Origin: Methanomassiliicoccaceae archaeon
GTDB taxonomy: Archaea > Thermoplasmatota > Thermoplasmata > Methanomassiliicoccales > UBA472
Length of the DNA stretch: 64,000 bases
Direction of reading: 5' to 3'
NCBI GenBank assembly: GCA_963827135.1
Contig: CAWGZX010000003.1
Location: 131,681 to 195,680 of the forward strand
Positions within the stretch are counted from its first letter, which is position 1, and every line of letters starts with the position of its first letter. Position numbers and translations under genes: made by a program. Under the pieces are notes generated by a model. It saw only the letters and a program-made list of their open reading frames with translations, did not search any database and had not been told where the DNA came from. Below, one piece after another: positions 9,207-19,122 of the stretch.

Positions 9207-10277
9207 ATGTTCAGGTTCAGGGACGAGGTCACGGCGAAGAAGGTCATCGACTCTATCTCCAAGTACGAACTGGACGTCAGGTTCATGCACGTCTGCGGGA
9301 CGCATCAGGACACCTTGGTGCGCTTCGGTCTCGAGGACATGCTCAAGGACACTGGGGTGGAGATACGCCAAGGGCCTGGTTGCCCGGTCTGCGTGACCAC
9401 GACCAAGGAGATTGTGGAGGCCATAGTCCTGGCGGAATCCGGGGCGACGGTCGCGGTGTTCGGGGACATGATGACCGTGCCCACTCCGATAGGTTCGCTG
9501 GCCGATGCCAAGGCGAAGGGAGCGGACGTCAGGGTTGTCTACTCGGTCGAGGATGCCATCAAGCTAGCCCCTCATGTGAGGGAAGCCGTCTTCATGTCCA
9601 TCGGCTTCGAGACGACCAGTCCTACGACCGCCTCGGTGATGCTCAATCCCCTGCCTGGCAACTTCTCTGTGGTGAGCTGCCATCGCCTGCTGCCTCCCGC
9701 GCTGGAGGCCCTCTTCAATCTGGGCGAGGTGAGGATCGATGGGTTGATCCAGCCTGGGCACGTCGCCACCATCATCGGGACCAAGCCCTTCGAGAGGTTC
9801 TCGACTGAGAGAAGGATCCCCCAGGTCGTGGCCGGGTTCGAGCCGCTCGACCTTCTGGTGGCGGTCTTCATGATGTGCAAGCAGATCGCCGAGGGAAGGC
9901 ACGAGGTGGAGAACGAGTACGGCAGGGTGGTGAGGCCCGAGGGGAACCCCAAGGCCATGGCAATGCTGGAGAAGGTCTTCGAGCCCGTGGACCGCAACTG
10001 GCGGGGGTTCCCGGTGCTGCCCAAGAGCGCCTACGAGCTGAGGAAGGAGTTCGACGCCCACAACGCTCGTGTCAAGTTCCACGACATTCTCCGGTCAGCT
10101 CCGGTCGTCAAGGAGGAGCTTGGGGGGTGCAGGTGCGGTGAGGTGCTCAGGGGCATAATCACCTCCCAGCAATGCCCAGTGTTCGGAAAGGGCTGCAGCC
10201 CCAAGAGGCCGATGGGGCCATGCATGGTCAGCCGCGAGGGCTCCTGCAACATCGCCTTCCGCTATTCCAGGAAGTGA
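9207..10277 (+). CDS. hypD: Hydrogenase maturation protein HypD
   Basis: HVCGTH, GPGCPVC, GFETT, PGHV, GFEP, GPCMVSREGSC motifs. Confidence 0.95.
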   Translation: MFRFRDEVTAKKVIDSISKYELDVRFMHVCGTHQDTLVRFGLEDMLKDTGVEIRQGPGCPVCVTTTKEIVEAIVLAESGATVAVFGDMMTVPTPIGSLADAKAKGADVRVVYSVEDAIKLAPHVREAVFMSIGFETTSPTTASVMLNPLPGNFSVVSCHRLLPPALEALFNLGEVRIDGLIQPGHVATIIGTKPFERFSTERRIPQVVAGFEPLDLLVAVFMMCKQIAEGRHEVENEYGRVVRPEGNPKAMAMLEKVFEPVDRNWRGFPVLPKSAYELRKEFDAHNARVKFHDILRSAPVVKEELGGCRCGEVLRGIITSQQCPVFGKGCSPKRPMGPCMVSREGSCNIAFRYSRK

Positions 10278-10363
10278 GGCGTTCGTTCTTCCTTTGGAGC
10301 TCGCGAGAGCGAAGTATTCAAGCATCCTAGCTCATACCCTCGGCTCAGATAGGGGGTTGGTCG

Positions 10364-11524
10364 ATGGAGGGCAAGGCAGTTGGTCCGGAACAGGGTGCGC
10401 CACCTTCCAACTCGGGGCCATCGACCGCCAGCCCGTTAGGGGCCCAGAACCCTCCGACCTCCAAGGCGGTCTGTGTCGCCATTTCCTCCGGTCAGAAGCC
10501 TGTGAAGGTTTACGGGGACATGCCTTCCGAGTTCAGGGAGATCGTCCAGACCTGCAACGTCGCCTGGATTAACTTCGCCGTGGCGGACCTGGAGAAGGAT
10601 GGCACCGAGATCTCCTCGATGTTAGGGTTCAGCGACACCTTGGTCTCCGCCTTGTTGAAGGGCTTCTACTCCAACTACGAGGACAGGGAGGTCGAGCTTG
10701 GGCTGATGGTTCCAGCAGTCCGAATCCACGGCCTTGAGATCAAGACCTACAACCTCATCATCCTCATCCGCAAGAACCTGATCCTCACCATGCACAACGA
10801 GGCAGTCACTAGGTTCATCCAGTTCTCCCGCTATGCGGACACGTTCCTGCGCAAGCTGCCCGAAAACATGGCCCCGGAGGACAAGCTCACCAACATGCTG
10901 GTCCGCATCCTGGACGAGAACAACAACCGCAACTTCGAGCAGCTGAGGGAGATCCAGGACCAAGGGGACAAGATGGCCGAGTTCCTCTCCAATCCACGCT
11001 CCCCTAGGGAGAAGGCGGGCCGCAACATCTACGAGATGAAGCACTCCCTGATCGAGTATCTCAATTCCATGTGGCGCACCAACGACGTGCTCAACTCGCT
11101 GCGCTATGGGGACGCGGATGTGATCACTGACAACCCCAAGGTTCTCATAAAGGTCGGCCTGCTCATCGAGGACGTAAACCGCCAGATATCCTTGGCGGAG
11201 CACATGTCCGACGTGCTCGCCTCTGGGCTTGAGGTCCTCCAGACCATATACAACAACCAGCTGCAGACCTTGAACAACCGGATGACATTGGCAGTGGCCT
11301 GGCTAACGATATTGGGAACCGCTCTCCTCGTGCCGAACACCATCGCCACCTTCTTCGGCTCCATCCAAGGCCTGGAACCTAAGACCCTTCTCTGGTACAC
11401 GCTCATCACGGTCCTAGCCACGGTCAACGCGACCATCCTGGCCTTCTGGTGGGTCAGGAAGAAGGTCATCATGCCTAGGACGGCGGCCGACACCCAGGCA
11501 TTGGATAAGGCCGAGAAGAAGTGA
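10364..11524 (+). CDS. CorA-like divalent cation transporter
   Basis: Large soluble domain with long helices, LNNRM stalk, two C-terminal TM helices; GMN signature absent. Confidence 0.75.
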   Translation: MEGKAVGPEQGAPPSNSGPSTASPLGAQNPPTSKAVCVAISSGQKPVKVYGDMPSEFREIVQTCNVAWINFAVADLEKDGTEISSMLGFSDTLVSALLKGFYSNYEDREVELGLMVPAVRIHGLEIKTYNLIILIRKNLILTMHNEAVTRFIQFSRYADTFLRKLPENMAPEDKLTNMLVRILDENNNRNFEQLREIQDQGDKMAEFLSNPRSPREKAGRNIYEMKHSLIEYLNSMWRTNDVLNSLRYGDADVITDNPKVLIKVGLLIEDVNRQISLAEHMSDVLASGLEVLQTIYNNQLQTLNNRMTLAVAWLTILGTALLVPNTIATFFGSIQGLEPKTLLWYTLITVLATVNATILAFWWVRKKVIMPRTAADTQALDKAEKK

Positions 11525-11631
11525 GGCATGTCTGGCCGAAGCGGACCTTTCTCCCTACTTCTCATAAGTTTTATTAACGTACCCCTGACATAGCTTTGTA
11601 ACGGGCGATTTTGCCCATGGGAGGTAATGAT

Positions 11632-12069
11632 TTGGCAACTCAGAAGCTACTCGAGTGGCTCAATAAGGCCATCGCGCGCGAAATGCAGGTATCCGTCCAA
11701 TATATGTGGCAGCATGTGCAGTGGGCCGGGGTCGAGCACTACGCCGTATCGGACGAATTCAAGAGCGTCGCCATAGCGGAGATGAAGCATGCCGAGAAGA
11801 TAGCCGAGAGGCTCTGGTATCTCGGAGGGGTCCCGACCACCAAGCCAACTCCTGTAATGGTCGGCGGAGAGCTCTGGGAGATGGTGGATAACAATATCAA
11901 GGCCGAGCTGGAGGCGATCGAGATGTACAAGAAGATAATCTGCGACGCTGAAGAGGAGGGCGACACCACCACGGCCTTCATCTTCCGAGAGATCCTCGAG
12001 GACGAAGAGGAGCACCACGACTTCTTCTCCAGCCTGAAGGAAGGCAAGAAGCCGGTCAAGAGGAAATAG
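11632..12069 (+). CDS. Bacterioferritin/ferritin-like diiron protein
   Basis: QYMWQH, EMKHAE, EEEHH (ExxH pairs); GGAGGT RBS upstream of TTG 11632 (start uncertain). Confidence 0.85.
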   Translation: MATQKLLEWLNKAIAREMQVSVQYMWQHVQWAGVEHYAVSDEFKSVAIAEMKHAEKIAERLWYLGGVPTTKPTPVMVGGELWEMVDNNIKAELEAIEMYKKIICDAEEEGDTTTAFIFREILEDEEEHHDFFSSLKEGKKPVKRK

Positions 12070-12196
12070 GATCTCCGACCTGGAACATGAGTTCGAAACC
12101 CATTCTTTTCCTCCGCACTTAGTCGTTTTTAGCACCTTACAATCCAGGGCAGAGCTGCTAAATACAACCCTTCATCATGCATCTGCTGGTGCCCTT

Positions 12197-12676
12197 ATGC
12201 GGATCCGGAATGCGGAAGAGCTGCACAAGCTGCTCAGCAAGGCCCAGCAGATCGAGTCGGAGTACGAGACCTTGGCCGAGTGGGAGGGCTACATTTCCCT
12301 GGACAGCCCCAAGTACCGCGACCTGTTGTTCGAGCTCATATCCGACTCGGAGAAGCACTCAATCTGGGTCAAGGAGATGCTGGGCATGGTCGTGTTGCCG
12401 GAAGGCTATCGGTCGCCGGAGCTGCCCCCTGCGACCTTCGACTTCCGGGGCAGGTCCGAGTTCGATACCCTGATGGAGCTGGAGCGGTACGAGCAGCTGA
12501 CACTTGACCTCTACTCTGCCATCAAGGGGGCGTTGGAGCGGTCCGAGCTCAAGGGGGTGGTCAGGGAGGGCGACCTTGACCGCATGCTCAGGATCTTGGA
12601 CGATCTGGTCTCAGACGAGACGCGCCATCGGGACGCGGTCCGTGCCTTGGTGGGTCAAGTGAAGCTCATCCGTTAA
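12197..12676 (+). CDS. Ferritin-like/rubrerythrin-like four-helix protein
   Basis: DSEKH and DETRH motifs in a helical protein next to the ferritin gene. Confidence 0.65.
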   Translation: MRIRNAEELHKLLSKAQQIESEYETLAEWEGYISLDSPKYRDLLFELISDSEKHSIWVKEMLGMVVLPEGYRSPELPPATFDFRGRSEFDTLMELERYEQLTLDLYSAIKGALERSELKGVVREGDLDRMLRILDDLVSDETRHRDAVRALVGQVKLIR

Positions 12677-12753
12677 CCCCCTAGAATGATGTTCCATGAG
12701 GGGCAAATCATATAGGCATGCTCTCTAATCGAGGGTCCATTCTGAGTGAGAAG

Positions 12754-14154
12754 ATGTCGAGTTTCGAGACATTGCAGATCGACCCAAGGATAATGCGGGT
12801 GATCGAGAAGTTGGGTTGGAGCGAGCCTACCCCAGTCGAAGAGGCCGTGATCCCAATCATGATGGAGGGCAAGGACGTGATGGCCCAAGCCCAGACCGGG
12901 ACAGGCAAGACGGCCGCCTTCGGCATACCGCTGCTACAGAGGATCACCAAGGGGAAGAGCCCTTCCGCATTGGTCCTGGTGCCTACGAGGGAGCTTGGCG
13001 TCCAGGTCTCTGAGGAGATAACCAGGCTCGGGGAGTTCATGGACCTCGTAACCATCCCGGTGTATGGTGGCACTTCGATAGAAGTCCAGTTCGATCAGTT
13101 GCGCAAGGGAGTGGACATCGTGGTCGGGACCCCTGGAAGGGTCATAGACCATATCAAGCGCGGAACATTGGACCTGAGGAACATCAGGTTCCTGGTACTG
13201 GACGAGGCGGACAGGATGCTGGACATGGGGTTCATCGATGACATCAGCTACATCATCTCCAAGCTGCCCAGGCAGCGCAACACCTACCTGTTCTCGGCCA
13301 CCCTCCCCGGTGAGATAAGGGAGCTGGCCGTCCAGCAGATGAAGGACCCCGAACAGGTTAACATCTCCGAGGAGAAGCTCGTGCTGCCAAGCACGGAGCA
13401 GGCCTACATCAATGTGGGAAGGAAGAACAAGATCTGGGCCCTATGCCGCATCCTGGATACGGAGAAGCCGAAGGCCATTGTGTTCTGCCAGACCAAGAGG
13501 ATGGTCGATATCCTGGCCAACTCCCTGACCTCCTATGGCTATCCGGTGGCGGCTTTGCATGGGGACTTGACCCAGGCTCGCCGGGAGAAGGTGCTCGATG
13601 ATTTCCGATCCGGCAGGATAATGGTGCTTATCGCCACGGACGTCGCCGCCAGGGGTCTGGACATCGAAGGGGTGACGCACGTCATAAATTATGACATCCC
13701 TGAGAACCCCGAGGTCTATGTCCACCGCATTGGAAGGACCGGGCGGGCAGGGAAGGAGGGCAAGGCCATAACCTTCGTGACATCCCAGGAAGAGCACCTG
13801 CTCAAAGGCATAAAGGACTTCAGTGGTGCTGGCGTATCCCACACCGACGTTCCGGAGGGCCATGGCAAGGAGAGGGTGCGGAAGGTGTACGATTTCGATG
13901 AGGCCGCGGACATCTTCGGCATGGTGCAGTTCAGGATCAATCTGGGTCGGGCGGACAAGATGGCAAGCGCCGATCTGTCTAACCTTATCGTCAAGAGGGC
14001 GAGGATCAGCGACTTCGCCATCGGTCACATCGATGTGGGCGAGAATGCCTCAGTTATCGAGGTGCACAAGGACGTGGCCTTGAAGGTGATCAACTCGGTT
14101 CGAGGATCGGAGCACAAGGGCAAGAAGGTCAGCTTCGAGCCCGCTAAGAAGTAG
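12754..14154 (+). CDS. DEAD-box RNA helicase with DbpA-like C-terminal RNA-binding domain
   Basis: AQTGTGKT, PTREL, TPGR, DEAD, SAT, ARGLD, HRIGRTGR; C-terminal RINLGR..IGHIDV. Confidence 0.93.
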   Translation: MSSFETLQIDPRIMRVIEKLGWSEPTPVEEAVIPIMMEGKDVMAQAQTGTGKTAAFGIPLLQRITKGKSPSALVLVPTRELGVQVSEEITRLGEFMDLVTIPVYGGTSIEVQFDQLRKGVDIVVGTPGRVIDHIKRGTLDLRNIRFLVLDEADRMLDMGFIDDISYIISKLPRQRNTYLFSATLPGEIRELAVQQMKDPEQVNISEEKLVLPSTEQAYINVGRKNKIWALCRILDTEKPKAIVFCQTKRMVDILANSLTSYGYPVAALHGDLTQARREKVLDDFRSGRIMVLIATDVAARGLDIEGVTHVINYDIPENPEVYVHRIGRTGRAGKEGKAITFVTSQEEHLLKGIKDFSGAGVSHTDVPEGHGKERVRKVYDFDEAADIFGMVQFRINLGRADKMASADLSNLIVKRARISDFAIGHIDVGENASVIEVHKDVALKVINSVRGSEHKGKKVSFEPAKK

Positions 14155-14203
14155 AGGACTTCACTGATTCTGATTCGTACGATTTAGCTCGATAAGGATG
14201 CGA

Positions 14204-14536
14204 TCAGCGCCACTTGGAATATCTGTCCAGGAGGGCACAGATGTCATCCGACACCTCTTTCTCGAAAAGGCCCTTTTCCTGTTCCGCTCGAATGTATTCC
14301 TTGGCCTCTTGCGTCGAGACCCTTGAGGCTTTGGCGATCATGTTGGCCAGCAGTGCAGAGGAGTAAGTAGGGTCCATCTTGGAATCCGAGAATACCTCCC
14401 GGATATCGTATTTGAATCCTCCCAGGCGATTGAGATTGAGCATCGGTACGCGGACATAGTCCTTCTGGACAAACTTCTCCTCAAAATTCCTTCTCTTGCT
14501 GCCCGACCTTCTATTTACATGGTTAATCTCGCCCAA
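14204..14536 (-). CDS. Hypothetical protein
   Basis: 110-aa ORF filling the gap after the helicase, TTG start; no recognised motif. Confidence 0.55.
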   Translation of the reverse strand: MGEINHVNRRSGSKRRNFEEKFVQKDYVRVPMLNLNRLGGFKYDIREVFSDSKMDPTYSSALLANMIAKASRVSTQEAKEYIRAEQEKGLFEKEVSDDICALLDRYSKWR

Positions 14537-14740
14537 ATTTATCCGAGGCTCCTAGATGCTCACCTTAATTCCAGTACTTAAGCCTTACCATACATTCTCA
14601 TACTAAGTCAGGTCGATAAATAAAATAATTATCACGACTGGGTGTTGCTCGAAGCTTTTTTATAAAGGTATGCACCATTAATGTTAACTCAGGCACAGGT
14701 ATAAGCCTGTTAATGCCTTGGGAGATATAGAGGGAAAACT

Positions 14741-15292
14741 ATGGCAGAAAAGAAAAGCAGTTGGCTATGGAGGCTGTTGGCCGGGATAATACTGGTCATC
14801 CTGGGAATCGCCATTCTGGTCTATCCAGATGTTACTTTGGCGATCATTGTCCTGTTGGTGGGAATATTCCTGATTGTTGCTGGACTCTTCGAACTCATCT
14901 TCGGGTTCTCTGCAGATGCCAAAGGTGCCAGATGGCTATTCATTCTGAAGGGAGTCATCAATCTGATTCTAGGTGTCGTGCTCTTGGTATATCCAGACAT
15001 CACTTTGACGATATTCGTCTACATCGTTGCCGCATGGGCAATCGTATGGGGTATCTTCGAGCTGGTAGCCACGTTCATGGTGCCGAAGGAACAGAGCCAC
15101 TCAGTCTATGGTACGGGCGGAAAGTGGGTCGGAGTTATAATCGGATTGATTGCTATCGCTTTCGGTATCGTAATAGCGGTCTACCCTGATGCGACCTTGA
15201 CCATCATCATCTATCTAGTCGGGTTCTTGGTCATCGCGGTCGGAATGCTGATGGCCATCAACTCTTTCGGAACGAGGCCCTCAAAGGCATAA
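14741..15292 (+). CDS. HdeD/DUF308 family membrane protein
   Basis: Three repeats of GIxxxxLGIxxLVYP TM hairpins; tttataaa TATA-like box upstream near 14659. Confidence 0.85.
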   Translation: MAEKKSSWLWRLLAGIILVILGIAILVYPDVTLAIIVLLVGIFLIVAGLFELIFGFSADAKGARWLFILKGVINLILGVVLLVYPDITLTIFVYIVAAWAIVWGIFELVATFMVPKEQSHSVYGTGGKWVGVIIGLIAIAFGIVIAVYPDATLTIIIYLVGFLVIAVGMLMAINSFGTRPSKA

Positions 15293-15364
15293 ACAAAAAA
15301 GAAGAACAAAGAGGGTGTTGGTTGGCCTGGGGAACTCCCAAGGCCATAACCCAACCAACCCCTC
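15292..15364 (-). terminator. Long stem-loop plus U-tract between convergent genes
   Basis: gagggtgttggttgg...ccaaccaacccctc stem at 15311-15364; A-rich run at 15292-15310 reads as a U-tract on the minus strand. Confidence 0.55.
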
Positions 15365-15439
15365 CACATCCTTTATTTACAACCAAACGCGAACAAATCC
15401 ATTCAAGGTTTTTTGATTTCCATTAATTCAGGAGTGCTA

Positions 15440-16315
15440 TCAATCTGAGACCACGTCCACCAACGGATCTATGCGTTCGATGGTGCGCCGCATGAAGTCC
15501 GAGTCCCCGATCTCGAGTCCTATGGCCTTCTCGGGGCAGAACTGAACGCATCTGCCGCATCCCTTGCAAAGCCCGTCGTCGATTCTTGCCTTACCATCCC
15601 GGATGGAGATGGCCTGAACATAACAGACCTTCTTCTTGACGCATGCCTCGCAACCACGGCATTTCTTGTTATCGATGGTAACAGACACGCCTGGCATACG
15701 GTTGATGGTGGCGTTGATGCTCGAGTTAAGGTTCGGAACCATCTTCCACAGGCAGCAACACTCGCAACAGGAGCAAATGGAGAGGAGGTTCTCCTTGGTA
15801 CCGGTCCCCAGCCATACAGCATCGATTTTGTCCCTTCCGATGAGGTGGACCAATCCAGCTTCGCGACATTTTCGTAGGTGCTCGATAGCCTCATCAGATT
15901 TGACCAGCCTTCCCATCCCCTCGGGAATCTTGAGCACTCCCTTACCCAGGAATATGCATCCAAGGGTCGAAGGGTAATTGGAGCAATGGTTGGCGTCACG
16001 GCACATGCACTTATTCATGATGTAGACGTACTTGGACTTACGAATAAAATGCTCGATGACCTGGCTTGGAAGGACGATGTTCTCCGGTTGTGCTTCGATA
16101 TTTAGATGGATGATCTTGGACGCCTTGAGCGATTCCTTCGCTACTTCCTCCTTCGGAAGGATTATGATGTCATCGTCCTCGAAGAAGGCGTACTCCATTG
16201 CTTGCCCCACCACAGGCACTTTGGTCATCTTGGCCATCATGAACCTGCGGTGAAAGCTCTTCTTGATGAGCTTAGTGTATAGAGGGGTCATCCGGCCCAT
16301 GCGATGCCAGGACAT
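15440..16315 (-). CDS. 4Fe-4S dicluster domain protein
   Basis: CMCR...C, ICSCCECCC and two ferredoxin motifs (CRGCEAC...C, CKGCGRCVQFCP). Confidence 0.85.
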   Translation of the reverse strand: MSWHRMGRMTPLYTKLIKKSFHRRFMMAKMTKVPVVGQAMEYAFFEDDDIIILPKEEVAKESLKASKIIHLNIEAQPENIVLPSQVIEHFIRKSKYVYIMNKCMCRDANHCSNYPSTLGCIFLGKGVLKIPEGMGRLVKSDEAIEHLRKCREAGLVHLIGRDKIDAVWLGTGTKENLLSICSCCECCCLWKMVPNLNSSINATINRMPGVSVTIDNKKCRGCEACVKKKVCYVQAISIRDGKARIDDGLCKGCGRCVQFCPEKAIGLEIGDSDFMRRTIERIDPLVDVVSD

Positions 16316-16568
16316 GTTCCGGCGTTCTTAATCCTTTTCAATATTCAGTTAATGAGCAGGGAAGTGGTGAAGGAGTCATGAAATTATGAATCATTGCAAG
16401 GGCAAATTCTTAGTTGAAACTTCTCAAATTGATTATAATCTAAGTAGATAATAGTAATAGCCAGTGATTGAAGGATAGTGGAATCACTTGTGATAACCAG
16501 GTAAACCTCCTTATAACCTTCCTCGGAAAATCATAGAACCACAAAAATAAATCAAGGAGGCAAAGAAG

Positions 16569-17138
16569 TTGAAGAGGAAAATCGCGATGCTGTTGGTAAG
16601 CGCGACCCTTGCCATCGCCCTTTTGGGTGGTGGGGTCTACGCATACTTCAGCGACACTGAGACAGGCGCTGGAAATTCATTCACTGCAGGCTCGTTGGAC
16701 CTGGTCCTTGGAGGCACTGGTTCATCGAGCATAGTCCTTACCAATCTCGCCCCTGGCATGAACGGTGCAGGTTCATGGAATTGAGGAACGCAGGTACAAT
16801 CGGCGGCACCCTGCGTGTCTGAGTTAGTATGGTAGAAGATGAAGGAGGGGCTTGGGAGCCGGAAGTTGATGTTGCGGCAACCCTGGTGACCTTAGCAAGA
16901 ATGTAGATGTCACCATCTTCGTTGATGCTGACGGAGATGGCGCATTTGATGCAGGCGAAACGCTCTGGACAGTGGAAGCTAAACACGATCCAGGCAACAA
17001 TGTCAACTGCGGAACCCTGGCTGGATCTGCCTCGGTCTACATTGGAATGTACTGGAGCATCGACACAAGACGTTGGCAATGATATCATGGGTGATATCAC
17101 CACCTTTCAGCCTGATGTTCACGCTGCAGCAACCTTAA
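16569..17138 (+). pseudogene. TasA/camelysin-family fibre subunit with SipW-type signal peptide (frameshifted; may be sequence error)
   Basis: AAGGAGG RBS at 16554-16560; MKRK+hydrophobic+AYFSDTET..NSFTAGSLDL; NLAPG..G; reading across several indels gives LRNAGTIGG, DADGDGAFD and C-terminal VGNDIMGD.TTF..FTLQQP ending TAA 17136-17138. Confidence 0.8.
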
Positions 17139-17227
17139 ATCCCCATTAGCGGGTGGATCGCAAGATCCACCTGACAACTTTATTTGTTAATATCTTAGGA
17201 TCAAGAACTAAATCCAGAGGCATCAAG

Positions 17228-17748
17228 ATGAAAATTAGGCGGGTAAAAGCGAAGTACATTTCCTATACGATGTTAGCGCTGCTTGTGGGATTTGTGATTT
17301 TGCTGGCGCTGTCACCGATCACCGGTTTGCGCTTCGATGCAATTCTCTCCGGAGCATGTCCCGTCCGATTAATGTCGGGGACTTGTGTCGTTACGCCTCA
17401 GTCGCCGGACCATTTGAAGGTCGGAGACGTCATAGTATTCCGATCAACTTTCAGTGACGAACAGATTTGTCACAGGATCATCTCGATCACCCAGAGGATG
17501 AGATCCTGGTTTTCCAAACTCAAGGGGACAACAACGAAGATCCCGATCCCTTCACTCTACAATCAGATAGCATCATTGGCAAGGTGCAGGTCTGCATCCC
17601 CGTCATGGGGTATGTAGTGCAATGGCTGCGGGGGCCGTTGGGTATCATGGCCATAATCGCGCTTGGAGCCGCGGTGCTCCTTATCCCTGAGAAATCCAAG
17701 GAAGATAAGAAGGAGAATATGAAGGAAGATTTGAATGGTGGAGCCTAG
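17228..17748 (+). pseudogene. sipW: Signal peptidase I, SipW/S26B type (frameshifted; may be sequence error)
   Basis: TM helix, ILSG-SM (indel near 17352), VGDVIVF, ICHRI (Ser-His dyad), QTQGDNNEDPDP, IIGKV, C-terminal TM; pieces in ORFs 17153..17617 and 17467..17748. Confidence 0.82.
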
Positions 17749-19087
17749 GAAGCGAGCCAAGCTGTTGACAATCGCTACAGCCGTCGTGCTCTGGTTGATG
17801 CTTACTAGCATCATGGGGGCCTCCGCCTCCCATTTCGATCCGAGATTAGTTCCAGCCAGCTTCACCGGGTTCGCCTCCAAGCAGGTGGACGCAGACAACG
17901 CACCGATTTTTTTATAACGCGCGCGCGCACGTAGATATAGATAGGCAGCCGGGGGGCGTCGTCCTCGCGGGAGGACCGAATTCCTCTACGCGTTCCAGGG
18001 TGGCAATTCCGGACCTTCTGGCGGTACAACATCAGCACATCACTTGGGCGGCATTGGCAAATGCCCCAAGCCAATTGAAGGAGGATGGGAGCTCACTGGC
18101 AAGCGATGGGGACCGATATCTCTACGCTATCCAAGGAGGGACTCGCCATTCTGGCGGTACGACGCGATAACGAACTCATGGACCTCCATGCAGCGCACTC
18201 CAGACAACGTTAAGTCAGGAGGAGGTCTCGTGACCTATAATGGCAATGGCGCCTTCTTCGCCCTGAGGGAGATGCCAGCAACAGATTCTGGAGATATAAT
18301 GTAGCCAGCGACATTGGACCGTCCTCGCCAATGCGCCGGGTGTCGTCAGCGATGGAGGGTGCCTGGTATGCGATCAGAAGAACTTCGTTTACGCGTTGCA
18401 GGGCAACGGACAACGGGCCTTCTGGCGCTACAATGTAACATCCAATTCCTGGTCCGCCTGGCCCCAATCCCAAATGCGGTCCGCTACGGCGGGGCTATGG
18501 CCTATGATGGTAACAACTCCATCTACTCCCTGCCTGGGTGGTCTCAGGCATACTTCCTGAGGTATAGCATCTCTGAGAACCGATGGTACATACTCGCCAA
18601 CGTGCCTAGCACGGTCAGCTACGGTGGAAGCCTAGCCTTCTCCTATCCTGGTACGATATTTGCCTTCTCCGGGGCCAATACGAACAGGTACTGGCGTTAT
18701 AATGAAACCACAGGTGTTTGGTCCGCCTCCACCAATGCTCCAGGGATCATCAGGGAGGGAGGCGCCTTAGCCAACGGACCCATGATCCTATCACGAACCG
18801 GAACAATAACTTCTGTGACATTTGATACAGGCAATGCTGACAGCGCCATTCAAGGCCTATTCTGGACGGAATCGTTGGCCACTGGAACGGACATAATCTT
18901 CGAGATACGAGCTTCCAACACGTTAGCCGCAGGGGTCCCATTGGCGCCTTGGACTTACGTCGGAGGGACATCGCCAGTGACCGCAGGCCTTCCCAACGGC
19001 CGCTACATCAGATGGACAGCCACCCTTTCAACCACGAACGTCCATCTTACACCAACTTTGCAGGAGGTCCGGGTCTATTATGCTTAA
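17735..19087 (+). pseudogene. Secreted six-bladed Kelch-like beta-propeller protein (frameshifted; may be sequence error)
   Basis: Signal peptide; six F/Y-W/L-R-Y...W..L...P....GG repeats starting at 18016, 18149, 18286, 18420, 18554, 18689; C-terminal beta-rich SVTFDTG...TPTLQEV. Confidence 0.72.
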
Positions 19088-19122
19088 GGTTTCAAGCGCT
19101 GCAGATAACCCCAGAGCCCACC

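Noticed and set aside
12087-12104. atgagttcgaaacccat as a tRNA fragment
   Set aside because: Imperfect 5-bp stem only, no cloverleaf; more likely part of a terminator before a T-rich tract
17906-17960. ttttttataacgcgcgcgcgcacgtagatatagatag low-complexity tract as a Z-DNA or phase-variation switch
   Set aside because: It lies in the indel-riddled block and looks like base-calling noise; it cannot be supported without reads
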